Positions 35,725 to 50,081 are shown, counted from the first letter of the stretch. The stretch is DNA of 60,790 nucleotides from Candidatus Limnocylindria bacterium (GCA_035699665.1 DASSPJ010000006.1:1-60790), one strand, 5' to 3'. The notes: a model not told the origin generated them from the letters alone. Program-made: numbers and translations.

Positions 35725-36702
35725 ATGGACTACAAGGACTACTACGCCATCCTCGGCGTGCCGAAGACCGCGTCACAGGCCGAGATCAAGAAGGCCTACC
35801 GCCGGCTGGCGCGTGAGCTCCACCCGGACACCAACGCAGATCCGGCCGCCGAGCGGCGCTTCAAGGAGGCCAACGAGGCGCACGCCGTCCTCTCCGACCC
35901 GGAGAAGCGGAAGCGCTACGACGAGCTGGGGTCGAACTGGCAGGCTTACGAGCAGGCCGGCTTCGATCCAGGCCAGGCATCATCCTGGGCCGGATTCGGC
36001 GGCGCGCCGGGCGGCACGCGCTGGACGTACCGCACCGTCTCGCCCGACGAGATGGGTGGCTTCAGCGACTTCTTCCGCACCTTCTTCGGAGCCGATGCCG
36101 GTGGCTTTGCCACCGGGCGCGCCGGTTCCCCCGGCGGGTTCGACACCCTCTATGACTTCGGCGGCGCCTCCGCGCCGCGCCAGGTCCGCGCCCCGCAGGC
36201 CACCGCCGAGGCCCAGATCAGCCTGGCCGAGGCGATGCGTGGCGCGAAGCGGATGGTGAACGTCGACGGCCGGCGCCTGGAGGTGACGATCCCCCCGGGC
36301 GTTGCCGACGGGGCCAGGATCAAGCTCCGCGGCGGAGGCCTGCGCTCCAACGGCGGGGGCGCCGGCGACCTGCTGATCACCGTGCGCATCGCGCCCGATC
36401 CACGCTTCGAGCGGCGTGGCGCCGACCTGCACACCGAGCTGCCGCTCACCCTCGCCGAGGCCCTGCTGGGTGCCGAGGTGCCGGTGCGGACGCCCACCGG
36501 GAGCGTGAAGCTGCGCATCCGCCCCAACACGCAGAACGGGCAGCAGATCCACGTCCCCGGACGCGGCATGCCGAAGAAGAACGGTGAGAAGGGCGACCTG
36601 GTCGTCACGGTGCGGGTCGTGCTGCCACGGCTGGACGAGGCGGGGCGCGCCGACTTCGGCGCGTTCGCCGCCGCGCACCCGCAGCCGGAGCCACCGAGGT
36701 AG
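35725..36702 (+). CDS. J-domain co-chaperone (DnaJ/CbpA type, no zinc-finger region)
   Basis: The J domain reads [34 protein letters not shown]-rich linker and DnaJ C-terminal domains are present, but no CxxCxGxG repeats. Confidence 0.85.
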   Translation: MDYKDYYAILGVPKTASQAEIKKAYRRLARELHPDTNADPAAERRFKEANEAHAVLSDPEKRKRYDELGSNWQAYEQAGFDPGQASSWAGFGGAPGGTRWTYRTVSPDEMGGFSDFFRTFFGADAGGFATGRAGSPGGFDTLYDFGGASAPRQVRAPQATAEAQISLAEAMRGAKRMVNVDGRRLEVTIPPGVADGARIKLRGGGLRSNGGGAGDLLITVRIAPDPRFERRGADLHTELPLTLAEALLGAEVPVRTPTGSVKLRIRPNTQNGQQIHVPGRGMPKKNGEKGDLVVTVRVVLPRLDEAGRADFGAFAAAHPQPEPPR

Positions 36703-36707
36703 CGACG

Positions 36708-39374
<2,667 letters not shown>

Positions 39375-39494
39375 GAGACCCAGGCCCTCAGACGAGGACG
39401 GTGGCGGCCCCGGGAGGCGCCTCGTCCGTCAACTAGGACCGCTGTCCGAGGATCGCGCGCCGTCTGCCGTTCCATTCGATTGATCGGTACGTTT

Positions 39495-39657
39495 GGCGCC
39501 TGGCAGCGGTCCTGGGCTACGTACATGCGCTTCATCGGTGCGTCTGACGCCTGGGGAGGTCAGCACCGGCCGTCTGGGCTACAGGCACACCGATTCAATG
39601 GTTGAGGTGACGCCTGGACGGGGTGCCCAGGCGACAAGCCGCCGCTTCATCGGTGCG
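39495..39657 (+). repeat. three degenerate tandem units sharing G(A/G)CGCCTGG, CTGGGCTAC and GCTTCATCGGTGCG blocks
   Basis: G(A/G)CGCCTGG occurs at 39495, 39546 and 39609. CTGGGCTAC occurs at 39512 and 39574. GCTTCATCGGTGCG occurs at 39529 and 39644. A related copy lies at 35548-35587. Confidence 0.7.
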
Positions 39658-39703
39658 GGAGGCCCGTGCTGCCGCCGCCGGGAGGCGGGGCGCGGGAAGC
39701 CTC

Positions 39704-40120
39704 TCAGCGGTGCTTGCGGCGGCGTCCGGCCGGAGTCGGGCGTGCCCGCTCGCGCGCCTCGCGGCGCGGCGGCGGCACGTAGCGCTGGCGGCGCAGCCCG
39801 TCGTTGGCCTCGGCGATGAGCGGTGGGAACTTCACGAACGCGGCCCACGCGGCCACGGCCATGCCCGGGATGACGAGCAGCAGGACGAGCAGCAGCGGCA
39901 CGTGGATGATGACCAGCAGCGGCACGATCCCCCACGTGGCCACGATCGACCAGAAGACCCACTCGTGGAGGGCCAGAATGACCGGATAGCGCCGGTAGCG
40001 GCGCAGCGCCAGGTTGTAGACCACGATCGCGCCGACGGTGATGACCAGCGCCCCGACCCACAGCAGGGTGAAGAGGTCGGGGAAGTTGAACGTGTCGAGC
40101 GAGCTGAACAGGATTCCCAT
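39704..40120 (-). CDS. hypothetical small membrane protein with basic C-terminal tail
   Basis: 138 aa with 3 TM helices. A TATACT -10 box (40137-40132) lies 11 nt upstream of the ATG at 40120. Confidence 0.55.
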   Translation of the reverse strand: MGILFSSLDTFNFPDLFTLLWVGALVITVGAIVVYNLALRRYRRYPVILALHEWVFWSIVATWGIVPLLVIIHVPLLLVLLLVIPGMAVAAWAAFVKFPPLIAEANDGLRRQRYVPPPRREARERARPTPAGRRRKHR

Positions 40121-40131
40121 GGGCTCGGCGG

Positions 40132-40137
40132 AGTATA
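40132..40137 (-). promoter_or_regulatory. -10 element TATACT (GCTATACTCCGCC)
   Basis: It lies 11 nt upstream of the ATG at 40120 on the minus strand. The extended motif matches the one at the tRNA-Asp promoter. Confidence 0.45.
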
Positions 40138-40245
40138 GCGGCTCGTCCGGCGCGCCTCGCCGAGGGCCGGCGCGTGCCTATAATCGGGCCCCGACGCCGT
40201 CACGCACCGCCCCGCCCACGCCCCCCACCGCACCGAGGTTGTCGA

Positions 40246-41793
<1,548 letters not shown>

Positions 41794-41813
41794 GTCGATG
41801 GAGCGCTGAACCG

Positions 41814-42791
41814 ATGGAGAAGCTGATCAGCGTCGAGGCGGTCGCCGCCACCGAGGCGGGTGCCATCGCTGCCGCCCGGCTCATGGGACGCGGGGATCGC
41901 GACGGGGCGGACCAGGCTGCGGTCGAGGCGATGCGCCGCGCCATGGAGGAGTCGGACATCAGCGGCACGATCGTCATCGGCGAGGGCGAGCGGGACGAGG
42001 CGCCGATGCTGTACATCGGCGAGAAGGTCGGCAACCGCGAGGCCGCGCTGCAGGTCGACATCGCCGTCGACCCGCTCGAGGGCACCAACCTGGTCGCCAC
42101 CGGATCCCCGAACGCGACCGCGGTCCTTGCCGCCTCCGAGCCGGGGGGTCTGATGCATGCCCCGGACACCTACCTGCGCAAGCTGGTGGTCGGCGCCGCG
42201 GCGGCCGGCAAGGTCCACATCGACGATCCGGTGGCCACGACGGTCAAGGCGATCGCCGACGCGCTGGGGCGCAACGTGTGGGACATCACCATCGTCATCC
42301 TCGACCGGCCGCGCCACGAATCGCTCATCGCCGAGGTCCGCGCCGCCGGGGCGCGCATCAAGCTCATCAGCGACGGGGATCTCACCGCCGGCATCAACGC
42401 CTCGGTGTCGGGGACGGGCATCCATGCCGTGATGGGCATCGGCGGGGCCCCGGAGGGCGTCCTCGCCGCGGCCGCCCTCAAGTGTCTCGGCGGCGAGATC
42501 CAGGCGAAGTTCGCGTGGCGCTCCGAGGAGGAGAAGGAGCGCGCGCGGAAGATGGGCGTCGACGTCGACGACACCGAGCGCGTGTACATGACCGATGACC
42601 TCGCGCCGGGCGAGAACGTGGTCTTCTGCGCCACCGGCGTCACCGATGGTGAGCTGCTCCGCGGCGTCCGCTTCTTCGGCGGCGGCGCGCGCACCCATTC
42701 GGTGGTGATGAGTCACCGCCGCGGCCTGGTCCGCTTCCTGGACACCGTCCACATGTGGGACCACCACAACCCGCCCAAGGTGCGCCTCTAG
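41814..42791 (+). CDS. glpX: class II fructose-1,6-bisphosphatase (GlpX type)
   Basis: The ATG at 41814 lies inside track ORF 41049..42791. Motifs: [34 protein letters not shown]. Confidence 0.9.
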   Translation: MEKLISVEAVAATEAGAIAAARLMGRGDRDGADQAAVEAMRRAMEESDISGTIVIGEGERDEAPMLYIGEKVGNREAALQVDIAVDPLEGTNLVATGSPNATAVLAASEPGGLMHAPDTYLRKLVVGAAAAGKVHIDDPVATTVKAIADALGRNVWDITIVILDRPRHESLIAEVRAAGARIKLISDGDLTAGINASVSGTGIHAVMGIGGAPEGVLAAAALKCLGGEIQAKFAWRSEEEKERARKMGVDVDDTERVYMTDDLAPGENVVFCATGVTDGELLRGVRFFGGGARTHSVVMSHRRGLVRFLDTVHMWDHHNPPKVRL

Positions 42792-42800
42792 GCGTCCGGG

Positions 42801-43319
42801 TCAGTCGGCCCAGTCCGGCCCGGCGATCCGCCGCACCTCCTGCTCGGCGACCGTGGCGAGCAGGTCGGCCACCGTCACGTCGCGCCGCACGTCGGCACAG
42901 CCGCGCCACGGCCGCAGCGCCGGGTCCAGCTCGGCCAGCGGCTCGAGGGCGAAGCGCCGCTCGTGGAGGCGCGGGTGCGGGACGATCAGCGGCAGCTCGG
43001 CATCTTCGACGCAGCGTCCGTCGAGGCTGAGGATGTCGAGGTCGATCGTGCGCGGTCCGAAGCGGACGCCCTGCGGGTCGCGCCCCAGCGACAGCTCCAG
43101 CTGCTTGAGCGCGAGCAGGAGGCTCGGCGCGTCGGTGTCGATCTGCAGCTCGACCGCCGCGTTGGTGAACTCGGGCTGGCCGTAGCGGTCCCGTGGCGCG
43201 CTCGCGTAGAGGCTCGAGGCGTGGACCAGGGTGCCGAGCGCGCGCAGGCCGGCGGCGGCCGACACGAAGGCGGCTCGCACGTCGCCCACGTTCCCACCCA
43301 GACCGATGAAGGCGCGCAT
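42801..43319 (-). CDS. folK: 2-amino-4-hydroxy-6-hydroxymethyldihydropteridine diphosphokinase
   Basis: The ATG at 43319 lies inside track ORF 42801..43688. Motifs: MRAFIGLGGNVGD, PRTIDLDIL, PHPRLHERRFAL. Confidence 0.85.
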   Translation of the reverse strand: MRAFIGLGGNVGDVRAAFVSAAAGLRALGTLVHASSLYASAPRDRYGQPEFTNAAVELQIDTDAPSLLLALKQLELSLGRDPQGVRFGPRTIDLDILSLDGRCVEDAELPLIVPHPRLHERRFALEPLAELDPALRPWRGCADVRRDVTVADLLATVAEQEVRRIAGPDWAD

Positions 43320-43467
43320 TCTCGTCCGCATGCTAGCCGACGGCGGAGTCGCACCCATCGCCCGACGCGCATCGGTCGCCACGTGTCGGTCGACGGATGG
43401 TCGTGCGCCGGGGCCGTGGCTCGGTCGCTTGCGCCGAGGTCGCGCGGGTGGGAGCATCGCCGGACCG

Positions 43468-44184
43468 ATGCGCCTGCCGTACTTCCCGCTCCACTCGGTC
43501 GTCTTCCCGCATCTGCCGCTCCCGCTGCACATCTTCGAGGAGCGGTACCGGGCGATGACACGCGACATCCTGGCCGACGGCTCGCCGTACGCCGGGCGCT
43601 TCGTGGTGGCGATGCTGGTGGAGGGGCAGGAGTCCGGAGATGATCGGGCGATCGGCCGCTCGGTCGGGACGATCTGCGAGGTGCGCACCGCCGAGCAGTT
43701 CCCCGATGGGCGGTGGGTCCTGCTGGCGGCGGGCGTCGCCCGGGCCGCGCTCGGCGCGGTCGACCGCGAGGGTCCCTACGCGCTGGTCGAGGCGGAGGAG
43801 CTGCCCGAGCTGGGCGGCGCGGTCGATCCGACCCTGCTGCCCGAGGTGCAGAGCGCGCTCGACGGCTACATGGCCACCGTGAAACGGTTCGTGGCTGCCG
43901 CTGCGTCCATAGGCCACGCAGACGCTGAGGTGCAACAGGTGGCCCGCTCGCTCGACGAAGTGCTCAAGCCGATCTCCCTCCCGGACGACCCGCTCGCGGC
44001 GAGCTACGCGGTGGGCGGCGTCCTGCAGATCGAGCTGACCCGCAAGCAGGAGCTGCTCGAGCTCCCCGATGCAGCGACCCGGCTCCGTGCGGAGCTCGCC
44101 CTGCTGCGGCGGGAGTCGCGGCTGCTCGCCGACGGCGCGCTGCCGCCGATCAGCACCGGCGACCTCGGCTACAACCCGAACTGA
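43468..44184 (+). CDS. LON N-terminal (substrate-binding) domain protein
   Basis: From the ATG at 43468 it reads MRLPYFPLHSVVFPHLPLPLHIFEERYRAM. It has no AAA or protease domains. Confidence 0.75.
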   Translation: MRLPYFPLHSVVFPHLPLPLHIFEERYRAMTRDILADGSPYAGRFVVAMLVEGQESGDDRAIGRSVGTICEVRTAEQFPDGRWVLLAAGVARAALGAVDREGPYALVEAEELPELGGAVDPTLLPEVQSALDGYMATVKRFVAAAASIGHADAEVQQVARSLDEVLKPISLPDDPLAASYAVGGVLQIELTRKQELLELPDAATRLRAELALLRRESRLLADGALPPISTGDLGYNPN

Positions 44185-44192
44185 GCCGGACC

Positions 44193-45329
44193 GTGAGGGC
44201 ATACCGCGTGCGCCACGTCGGCGCGCCCCTGCTCGCCGTGGTGCTGACGGCCTGTGCGCCGGCCTCGGCCACGCCCTCGCCGAGCCTCGTGCCGTCCGTC
44301 CCGTCGCCGCGACCGACGGCCAGCCTGCTGCCCACCATCAGCCCGTCGGCGAGCGCCACGCCGGCAGGCGTGACGACCTACATCGTGCGGGGCGGCGACA
44401 CCCTCTTCGGCATCGCCAGCCGCTTCGGCACGACCGTCGTCCAGCTCCAGGCCTGGAACGCCGACCGCTACCCCGCCCTGGCCGAGGATGCCGGCCGGCT
44501 GGAGGCGGGATGGGAGCTGGTCGTGGCCGAAGAGCCCGGCGTCACGCCTGCGCCGACGCCCGGGGTGACGCCGCCGGCCAGCCCGGTGCCCTCGATCCCG
44601 CCGCCGTTCGGAGGGCTCGAATGCCGCGCCGGGACGCGCAGCGGCGGGGGCGTCGCCACCTACGCCCGCATCCCGAACGCCGGCAACGAGGTCGCGCTGA
44701 CCTTCGACATGGGAGGTCGCATGGACCCGGCGGTCCAGATCATGGAGTTCCTCGTCGCCAACGAGGTGTGCGCCACCATCTTCGCCACCGGCGCGATGAG
44801 CGACACGACGCAGGGGCGAGCCGTGATGGTCATCATCCGCGACCACCCCGAGCTGTTCGAGATCGCGAACCACACGATGCACCACTGCGACCTGGTGCGG
44901 GGTGGCTCCGGCTCGCCGGCGACCGCGCCGTGCCAGACCGGCGGCCCACCGACCGCCCAGTTCATCCGCGACGAGCTGACCGCCGCCGAGGCGCTGCTGC
45001 GGGCCGGCACGGGGCAGAACCCGCAGCCGTACTGGCGCCCGCCGTACGGATCGGTCAACGACGCCGTCCGGGCGGCGGCGGCCGAGGTGGGGTACACGAA
45101 GACGTTCATGTGGGACGTCGACACGGTCGACTGGAAGCCGGTCAGCGACGGCGGGCCGACCGCTGAGCAGATCGCGTCGAAGGTGATCACCGATGCGCAG
45201 AGCGGGTCGAACGTGCTGTTCCACCTGGGTGGCTACAACACGCTTGCCGCCCTGCGCATCGTGGTGCCTGGCCTGCGCGAGCGAGGACTCGTGGTGACGA
45301 GCCTCTCGGACCTGCTCGACGGCCGCTGA
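44193..45329 (+). CDS. LysM-domain polysaccharide deacetylase (NodB homology) lipoprotein
   Basis: It has a lipobox (AVVLTACAP), a LysM domain (YIVRGGDTLFGIASRFGTTVVQLQAWN), and a NodB domain (VALTFDMGG, HTMHH, PPYG). Confidence 0.8.
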   Translation: MRAYRVRHVGAPLLAVVLTACAPASATPSPSLVPSVPSPRPTASLLPTISPSASATPAGVTTYIVRGGDTLFGIASRFGTTVVQLQAWNADRYPALAEDAGRLEAGWELVVAEEPGVTPAPTPGVTPPASPVPSIPPPFGGLECRAGTRSGGGVATYARIPNAGNEVALTFDMGGRMDPAVQIMEFLVANEVCATIFATGAMSDTTQGRAVMVIIRDHPELFEIANHTMHHCDLVRGGSGSPATAPCQTGGPPTAQFIRDELTAAEALLRAGTGQNPQPYWRPPYGSVNDAVRAAAAEVGYTKTFMWDVDTVDWKPVSDGGPTAEQIASKVITDAQSGSNVLFHLGGYNTLAALRIVVPGLRERGLVVTSLSDLLDGR

Positions 45330-45333
45330 GGAG

Positions 45334-46707
45334 CTAGCCGCCGACCTCCGCGACCCCCCGCTCGGGACGGTGCGCCGCCGCGACGGCCTCCCCGAAGAGG
45401 CGAACCGCGATGTCCACCTCCTCCGCGGTGACGATGAGCGGCGGGGAGAAGCGCAGCGACGCCTCGCCGCACTCGAGGACCAGCAGGCCGCGTTCGAACG
45501 CCTCCTGCTGCACGGCCTCGGCTGCCTCGTGCGAGGCGAACTCGACGCCGAGCATGAGGCCGATGCCGCGGATGTCGCGGACGACGTCGGTCGATTCCGC
45601 GACGCGCTCCAGCCCGGTCCGCAGCCGCTCGCCCATCGCGGCGGCGTTGGCGAGCAGCTCCTTCTCGATCAGCTCGAGCGTGGCGAGGCCCGCCGCGGCG
45701 CACACCGGGTTGCCGGCGAACGTGGAGCCGTGCGCGCCGGGCGGCCACGTCCAGACCGACTCGCGGGCGATGAACGCACCGATCGGCATGCCCGAGGCGA
45801 TGCCCTTGGCGGTGGCGACGATGTCCGGCTCGACGCCGGCGTGCTGCATGGCCCACCAGCGCCCGGTGCGGCCCATCCCCGACTGGATCTCGTCGGCGAC
45901 GAGCAGGATGCCGTGCTCGTCGCAGATCTCGCGCAGGGCGCGCAGGAAGGGCGCGGGCGCGGGAAAGTAGCCGCCCTCGCCCTGCACCGGCTCGATCACG
46001 ATGGCGGCCACGTCGGACGGCGCGATCTGGCGCCCGAAGAGAGTCCTGCGCAGGTACTCGACCTCGGCCGTGCCGTCGCCTCCCGATCCCTCGCGCCACG
46101 CGCGGACGCGCGGGAACGGAGCATGGTGGACCATCGGCAGCAGCGGCCCGAAGCCGGCGCGCTGCTTGACCTTCGAGTTGGTGAGCGACAGCGCGCCCAT
46201 GGTGCGGCCGTGGAAGGCGCCCTCGAAGGCGATGATGCCGGCCCGATGGGTGTGGTAGCGCGCCAGCTTGATGGCGCCCTCGATCGCCTCGGTGCCGGAG
46301 TTGGTGAGGAAGACGCGGGCCGGCTCCTCGAACGGGGCGATGGCCGCCAGCCGCTCCATGAACTCCAGGTAGCGCGGCTCGTAGAAGTCGGTCGCGGCGA
46401 TGTGGATCAGCCGGTCGGCCTGCTCCTTGATGGCCGCCACCACCTTCGGGTGCGAGTGGCCGGTGGAGCAGACCGCGATCCCGGCGGCGAAGTCGAGGAA
46501 GGTGTTGCCGTCGACATCGGTGACCAGCAGTCCGCTGCCCGACTCGGCAACCAGCGGGTAGGCCCGCGTCAGCGAGGGGGAGGCGACGGCCTCGTCGCGG
46601 GCGATGATGGCTCGGGCACGCGGGCCCGGCAGCTCGGTGACGATCCGCGGGCCCGCCGCGCGCGGGGCAGCGGCAGCCGGGGTCGTCGTCTCGGTGGTCA
46701 TGACCAT
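45334..46707 (-). CDS. gabT: class-III aminotransferase (4-aminobutyrate aminotransferase-like)
   Basis: From the ATG at 46707: LPGPRARAI..., DVDGNTFLDFAAGIAVCSTGHSHPKVV, ADEIQSGMGRTG, ATAKGIASG. Confidence 0.75.
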   Translation of the reverse strand: MVMTTETTTPAAAAPRAAGPRIVTELPGPRARAIIARDEAVASPSLTRAYPLVAESGSGLLVTDVDGNTFLDFAAGIAVCSTGHSHPKVVAAIKEQADRLIHIAATDFYEPRYLEFMERLAAIAPFEEPARVFLTNSGTEAIEGAIKLARYHTHRAGIIAFEGAFHGRTMGALSLTNSKVKQRAGFGPLLPMVHHAPFPRVRAWREGSGGDGTAEVEYLRRTLFGRQIAPSDVAAIVIEPVQGEGGYFPAPAPFLRALREICDEHGILLVADEIQSGMGRTGRWWAMQHAGVEPDIVATAKGIASGMPIGAFIARESVWTWPPGAHGSTFAGNPVCAAAGLATLELIEKELLANAAAMGERLRTGLERVAESTDVVRDIRGIGLMLGVEFASHEAAEAVQQEAFERGLLVLECGEASLRFSPPLIVTAEEVDIAVRLFGEAVAAAHRPERGVAEVGG

Positions 46708-46806
46708 GCACTCCGAATCGGAGCGGCGCGTCCTGCCCGCGCCCCTGGCTAGTTCGACGCATGGTACCAGCGTCCGTGGGGCACGCCGCAACCCCCTGGC
46801 GGTCGG

Positions 46807-47862
46807 TCAGGCCGTTGCCCGCACCGCCTCGCCGACGAGCCCGGGGCCGCGGTACACCAGCCCGGTCCACAGCTGGACCAGGTCCGCTCCCGCCGCGACC
46901 GCCGCCGCCGCGCGTTCGGCGCTGCCGATGCCGCCCGAGGCAATGATCACCAGGCGCGCCTGGACGATCTCCCGCGCCCGCTCGACCGCCTCCAGCGTGC
47001 TCCGCCACAGTGGGTCGCCGGACAGGCCGCCCGGCTCGGCGGCAAGGGGCGCGCGGGTGCGCAGCCCGTCGCGCGCCACGGTCGTGTTGGAGAGGATGAC
47101 CCCGTCGGCCGGCGTATCGCACAGCATGCGCAGCATGGCGTCCCGTCGCCCAATGGCGAGGTCGGGGGCGAGCTTCACCAGGAGCGGCCGGCGGAACCCA
47201 GACGCCTCGCCGGCGCGCGCCAGGGCCTCGAGCAGCGCGGCCAGCGCGGCCGGCTCCTGGAGGTCGCGGAGGCCGGGGGTGTTGGGGCTGGACACGTTGA
47301 TCGCCAGGTAGTCGGCCACCGGCGCGACGAGCCGATGGCAGGCGAGGTAATCGTCGAGGGCCTGCGCCGCATCGGTCTCCTTGGCGCGGCCGATGTTGAC
47401 CCCGATGACGAAGCCGTCGGGCAGGTGGCGGCGCGCCAGCATGACGCGCCGCGCGAGCGCCGCCGCCCCCTCGTTGTTGAAGCCCATCCGGTTGATCAGC
47501 GCCGCATCGGCCGGGAGGCGGAAGAGCCGTGGCCGCGGGTTCCCCGGCTGCGGCTCAGGCGTGACCGTGCCGACCTCCATGAAGCCGAGCCCGAGCGCCT
47601 CCCAGCCGCGGAGCGCCACCGCGTCCTTGTCGAAGCCGGCACCGACACCCACCCGGTTGCGGAAGGTGAGCCCCATCAGCCGAACCGGCGTGACACCCTG
47701 GGGCGCGGGTCCGGCGAGCCAGCCCGCGAGCCGGCGCCCGATGCGGCCCTCGCCGGCGCCGGCCAGGGCACGCAGGGTCAGGTGATGGATGCGCTCCGGA
47801 TCGAAGCCGAAGAGGACGGGGCGCGCGACGCGATAGAGCAGCGCGCGCCAGTCGGTGAGCAT
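46807..47862 (-). CDS. pyrD: dihydroorotate dehydrogenase (quinone), class 2
   Basis: From the ATG at 47862: MLTDWRALLYRVARPVLF. Motifs: GAGFDKD, GFMEVGTVTP, NISSPNTPGLR. Confidence 0.9.
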   Translation of the reverse strand: MLTDWRALLYRVARPVLFGFDPERIHHLTLRALAGAGEGRIGRRLAGWLAGPAPQGVTPVRLMGLTFRNRVGVGAGFDKDAVALRGWEALGLGFMEVGTVTPEPQPGNPRPRLFRLPADAALINRMGFNNEGAAALARRVMLARRHLPDGFVIGVNIGRAKETDAAQALDDYLACHRLVAPVADYLAINVSSPNTPGLRDLQEPAALAALLEALARAGEASGFRRPLLVKLAPDLAIGRRDAMLRMLCDTPADGVILSNTTVARDGLRTRAPLAAEPGGLSGDPLWRSTLEAVERAREIVQARLVIIASGGIGSAERAAAAVAAGADLVQLWTGLVYRGPGLVGEAVRATA

Positions 47863-47878
47863 CGACGCGGCGGCGGGG

Positions 47879-48334
47879 TCAGTCGTCGTGCGCGCGGGGG
47901 AAGGCCAGGTCGACCGGGCGCAGGGCGGGGAGCGCCTCCCCGTCGTCGCCGATCGCGGTCTCGACGCCCGGGGGCGACATGAACTCGTGCCAGACCTCGG
48001 TGCCGGCGCCCGGCGGGTCGTCAAGCTCCTTGAGGGCCACGATCCCTTCGAACCGGATCTCGCCGGCCGCCCCGTCCTCGGTCTCGAACGCATCCTCGTA
48101 CTCGGGGGCCATCTCGACCGCGCGACCGAGGGCCGTCTCCTCGTCGTCGCCGTCCACGAGCACCACCCGGTCCTCGACCAGGTAGGGGGTCTCCTCGGCC
48201 CCGAGCAGGTACGCGTAGCGCAGCTGGACCGCGAACCAGCCGGACGGGTCGACCGCCACGGCCTCCTCGTCGAGGTGCAGCGGCTCGAGGACCGGGTCGC
48301 GTGGGTCGGCGACGGCGTGGCCGTTGGTGGTCAT
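47879..48334 (-). CDS. hypothetical acidic protein (possibly DUF4288-like)
   Basis: 151 aa and very acidic, reading WFAVQLRYAYLL...RVVLVDGDDEETALGRAVE. It lies 3 nt downstream of pruA, and the codon bias matches the host. Confidence 0.5.
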   Translation of the reverse strand: MTTNGHAVADPRDPVLEPLHLDEEAVAVDPSGWFAVQLRYAYLLGAEETPYLVEDRVVLVDGDDEETALGRAVEMAPEYEDAFETEDGAAGEIRFEGIVALKELDDPPGAGTEVWHEFMSPPGVETAIGDDGEALPALRPVDLAFPRAHDD

Positions 48335-48337
48335 CGG

Positions 48338-49933
48338 TCAGGCCTCCGGTGGCTCGTGGCCCATCACCGTCTGTGATTGCTCGCGCAGGAACTGCTGCAC
48401 GTAGTACGGGCCGAGGCCGTTCTTGCCGGAGCTGCCCGAGCCCTTCCAGCCGCCGAAGCTCTGGATTCCCGGCCACGCCCCGGTGGTCGCCCCGGCGCGC
48501 CGGTTGACGTACACCACGCCGGCCTGGATGCCCTTCAGGAAGCGCGCCTGCTCGTCGGGGTCGTCGCTGAAGATGCCCGCGGTGAGCCCGTACGGCGTGC
48601 CGTTCGCCTCCTCGAGCGCCTGGTCGAGCGAATCGACCACGCCGACCACCACGAAGGGCACGAACAGCTCGTCGCGGAACAGGCGATGCTCCAGCGGCAG
48701 GCCGGTCACCACCGTCGGGGTCGGGAAGTAGCCGCGCTCGGCGTCGCCGTCCCGCAGCACCTCGCCGCCGACGATCACCTCGCCGCCGTCCTGGCGGGCA
48801 TCCGCCACGGCCCGTGTGAAGGTGTCGAGCGCTCGCTGGTTGATGACCGGCCCCATCCAGTTCTCGCGGCGCGTCGGGTCGCCGACGCGGATGGTGCGGG
48901 CCCGCTCGGCGAGCCTGGCCACGAACTGGTCGGCGACCTCGCGGTCGACGTAGACGCGCGAGGTGGCGCTGCACTTCTGCCCGTCGAAGCCGAAGGCCGA
49001 GCGCATCACCCCCTCGGCCGCCATGTCCAGGTCCGCGTGACGGGTGACGATCGCCGGGTTCTTGCCGCCCATCTCGGTGATGATCGGCCGCGGATAGTCG
49101 CGCGTGAAGCCCTTGTAGAGCCGCATCCCGACCTCGTACGAGCCGGTGAAGACCATGCCGTCGATGCCCGGGTTCTCCTCCAGCTCGGCGCCGACCGTGT
49201 CGCCGGGCCCGGTGACGACGTTGACGACCCCGGCCGGGACGCCCGCCTCGCGCAGGACCGATGCGAAGAGGTGGCCCATCAGTGGCGCGTCGGACGAGGG
49301 CTTGATGACCACCGTGTTGCCGGCCAGCAGCGCACCCGCCGCAGGCCCGCCGGAGAGGGCCATCGGGAAGTTGAACGGGCTGATCACCGCCCACACGCCG
49401 TGCGGCTTGAGGACCGAGCGGGTGTGCTCCTCCGGCGAGAGCGAGCCCATCGGCTGCACGAAGCCGTCGTGACGCTCCATCGTGTCGCCGTAGTAGCGGA
49501 TCAGGTCCGCCGTCTCCTCGACATCGCCGAGCGCCTCGAGGCGGTTCTTGCCGACCTCGAAGCTCATCAGCGCGGCGTAGAGGAACTGCCGCTCGCTGAT
49601 CAGGTCGGCGGCGCGACGCAGGATCTCGAGGCGCTCGCGCCAGCCGAGGTCGCGCCACGCGGGAAACGCGGCACGGGCCGCGGCGATGGCGTCCCGCACG
49701 TCCTGTCGCGTGCCACTCGGGAAGCGGCTGACGACGATCCCGGTGTCGATCGGAGACCGATCGTCGAACAGCTCGGTCGACGTGCGCTCCTCGTCGCCGA
49801 TGAGCATCGGGTAGGAGCGGCCGAGCATGGCGCGCGCCTCCTCGACCGCGGCGTCATAGGCGGCCTGGAGCTCCTCGTTGTCGGCCGACAGCGTGGCGTA
49901 GGTGATCTTCATGCGTGGCGTGGTGGTGGCCAT
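48338..49933 (-). CDS. pruA: L-glutamate gamma-semialdehyde (1-pyrroline-5-carboxylate) dehydrogenase
   Basis: It is an aldehyde dehydrogenase fold (EVGKNRLEALGDVEE, EMGGKNP, catalytic Cys in GQKCSA). The N-terminus resembles short P5C dehydrogenases. GGAGG lies upstream of the ATG at 49933. Confidence 0.8.
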   Translation of the reverse strand: MATTTPRMKITYATLSADNEELQAAYDAAVEEARAMLGRSYPMLIGDEERTSTELFDDRSPIDTGIVVSRFPSGTRQDVRDAIAAARAAFPAWRDLGWRERLEILRRAADLISERQFLYAALMSFEVGKNRLEALGDVEETADLIRYYGDTMERHDGFVQPMGSLSPEEHTRSVLKPHGVWAVISPFNFPMALSGGPAAGALLAGNTVVIKPSSDAPLMGHLFASVLREAGVPAGVVNVVTGPGDTVGAELEENPGIDGMVFTGSYEVGMRLYKGFTRDYPRPIITEMGGKNPAIVTRHADLDMAAEGVMRSAFGFDGQKCSATSRVYVDREVADQFVARLAERARTIRVGDPTRRENWMGPVINQRALDTFTRAVADARQDGGEVIVGGEVLRDGDAERGYFPTPTVVTGLPLEHRLFRDELFVPFVVVGVVDSLDQALEEANGTPYGLTAGIFSDDPDEQARFLKGIQAGVVYVNRRAGATTGAWPGIQSFGGWKGSGSSGKNGLGPYYVQQFLREQSQTVMGHEPPEA

Positions 49934-50044
49934 CGCTCAGGTGTCGCCTCCAGTGGGTGGGGCGCTCGCGAGCGGAGGGCGCGAGCGGGCGCATCGGTAT
50001 GCGGTGGAGGCCATTATCGCACCCGGCCCTCAGGCGGACATGCC

Positions 50045-50081
50045 GAAGGCCAGGCTCCGGGGGGAGAAGAGCCTGGCCTTC
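50045..50081. terminator. 13-bp hairpin (GAAGGCCAGGCTC ... GAGCCTGGCCTTC)
   Basis: It lies between the methyltransferase stop (50141) and the pruA start (49933) on the minus strand. It has an 11-nt loop and no U-tract. Confidence 0.5.

Noticed and set aside
39493-39819. 108-aa ORF in the post-clpB intergenic region
   Set aside because: It is built from the tandem repeat units and overlaps the 3' end of the convergent membrane-protein gene. Its composition is atypical and it has no start context.
40185-40245. ZTP (pfl) riboswitch in the purH 5' leader
   Set aside because: The leader is only ~55 nt, extremely C-rich, and lacks the conserved GGGTCGTGACTGGCG and CCGCCTGGGC motifs.
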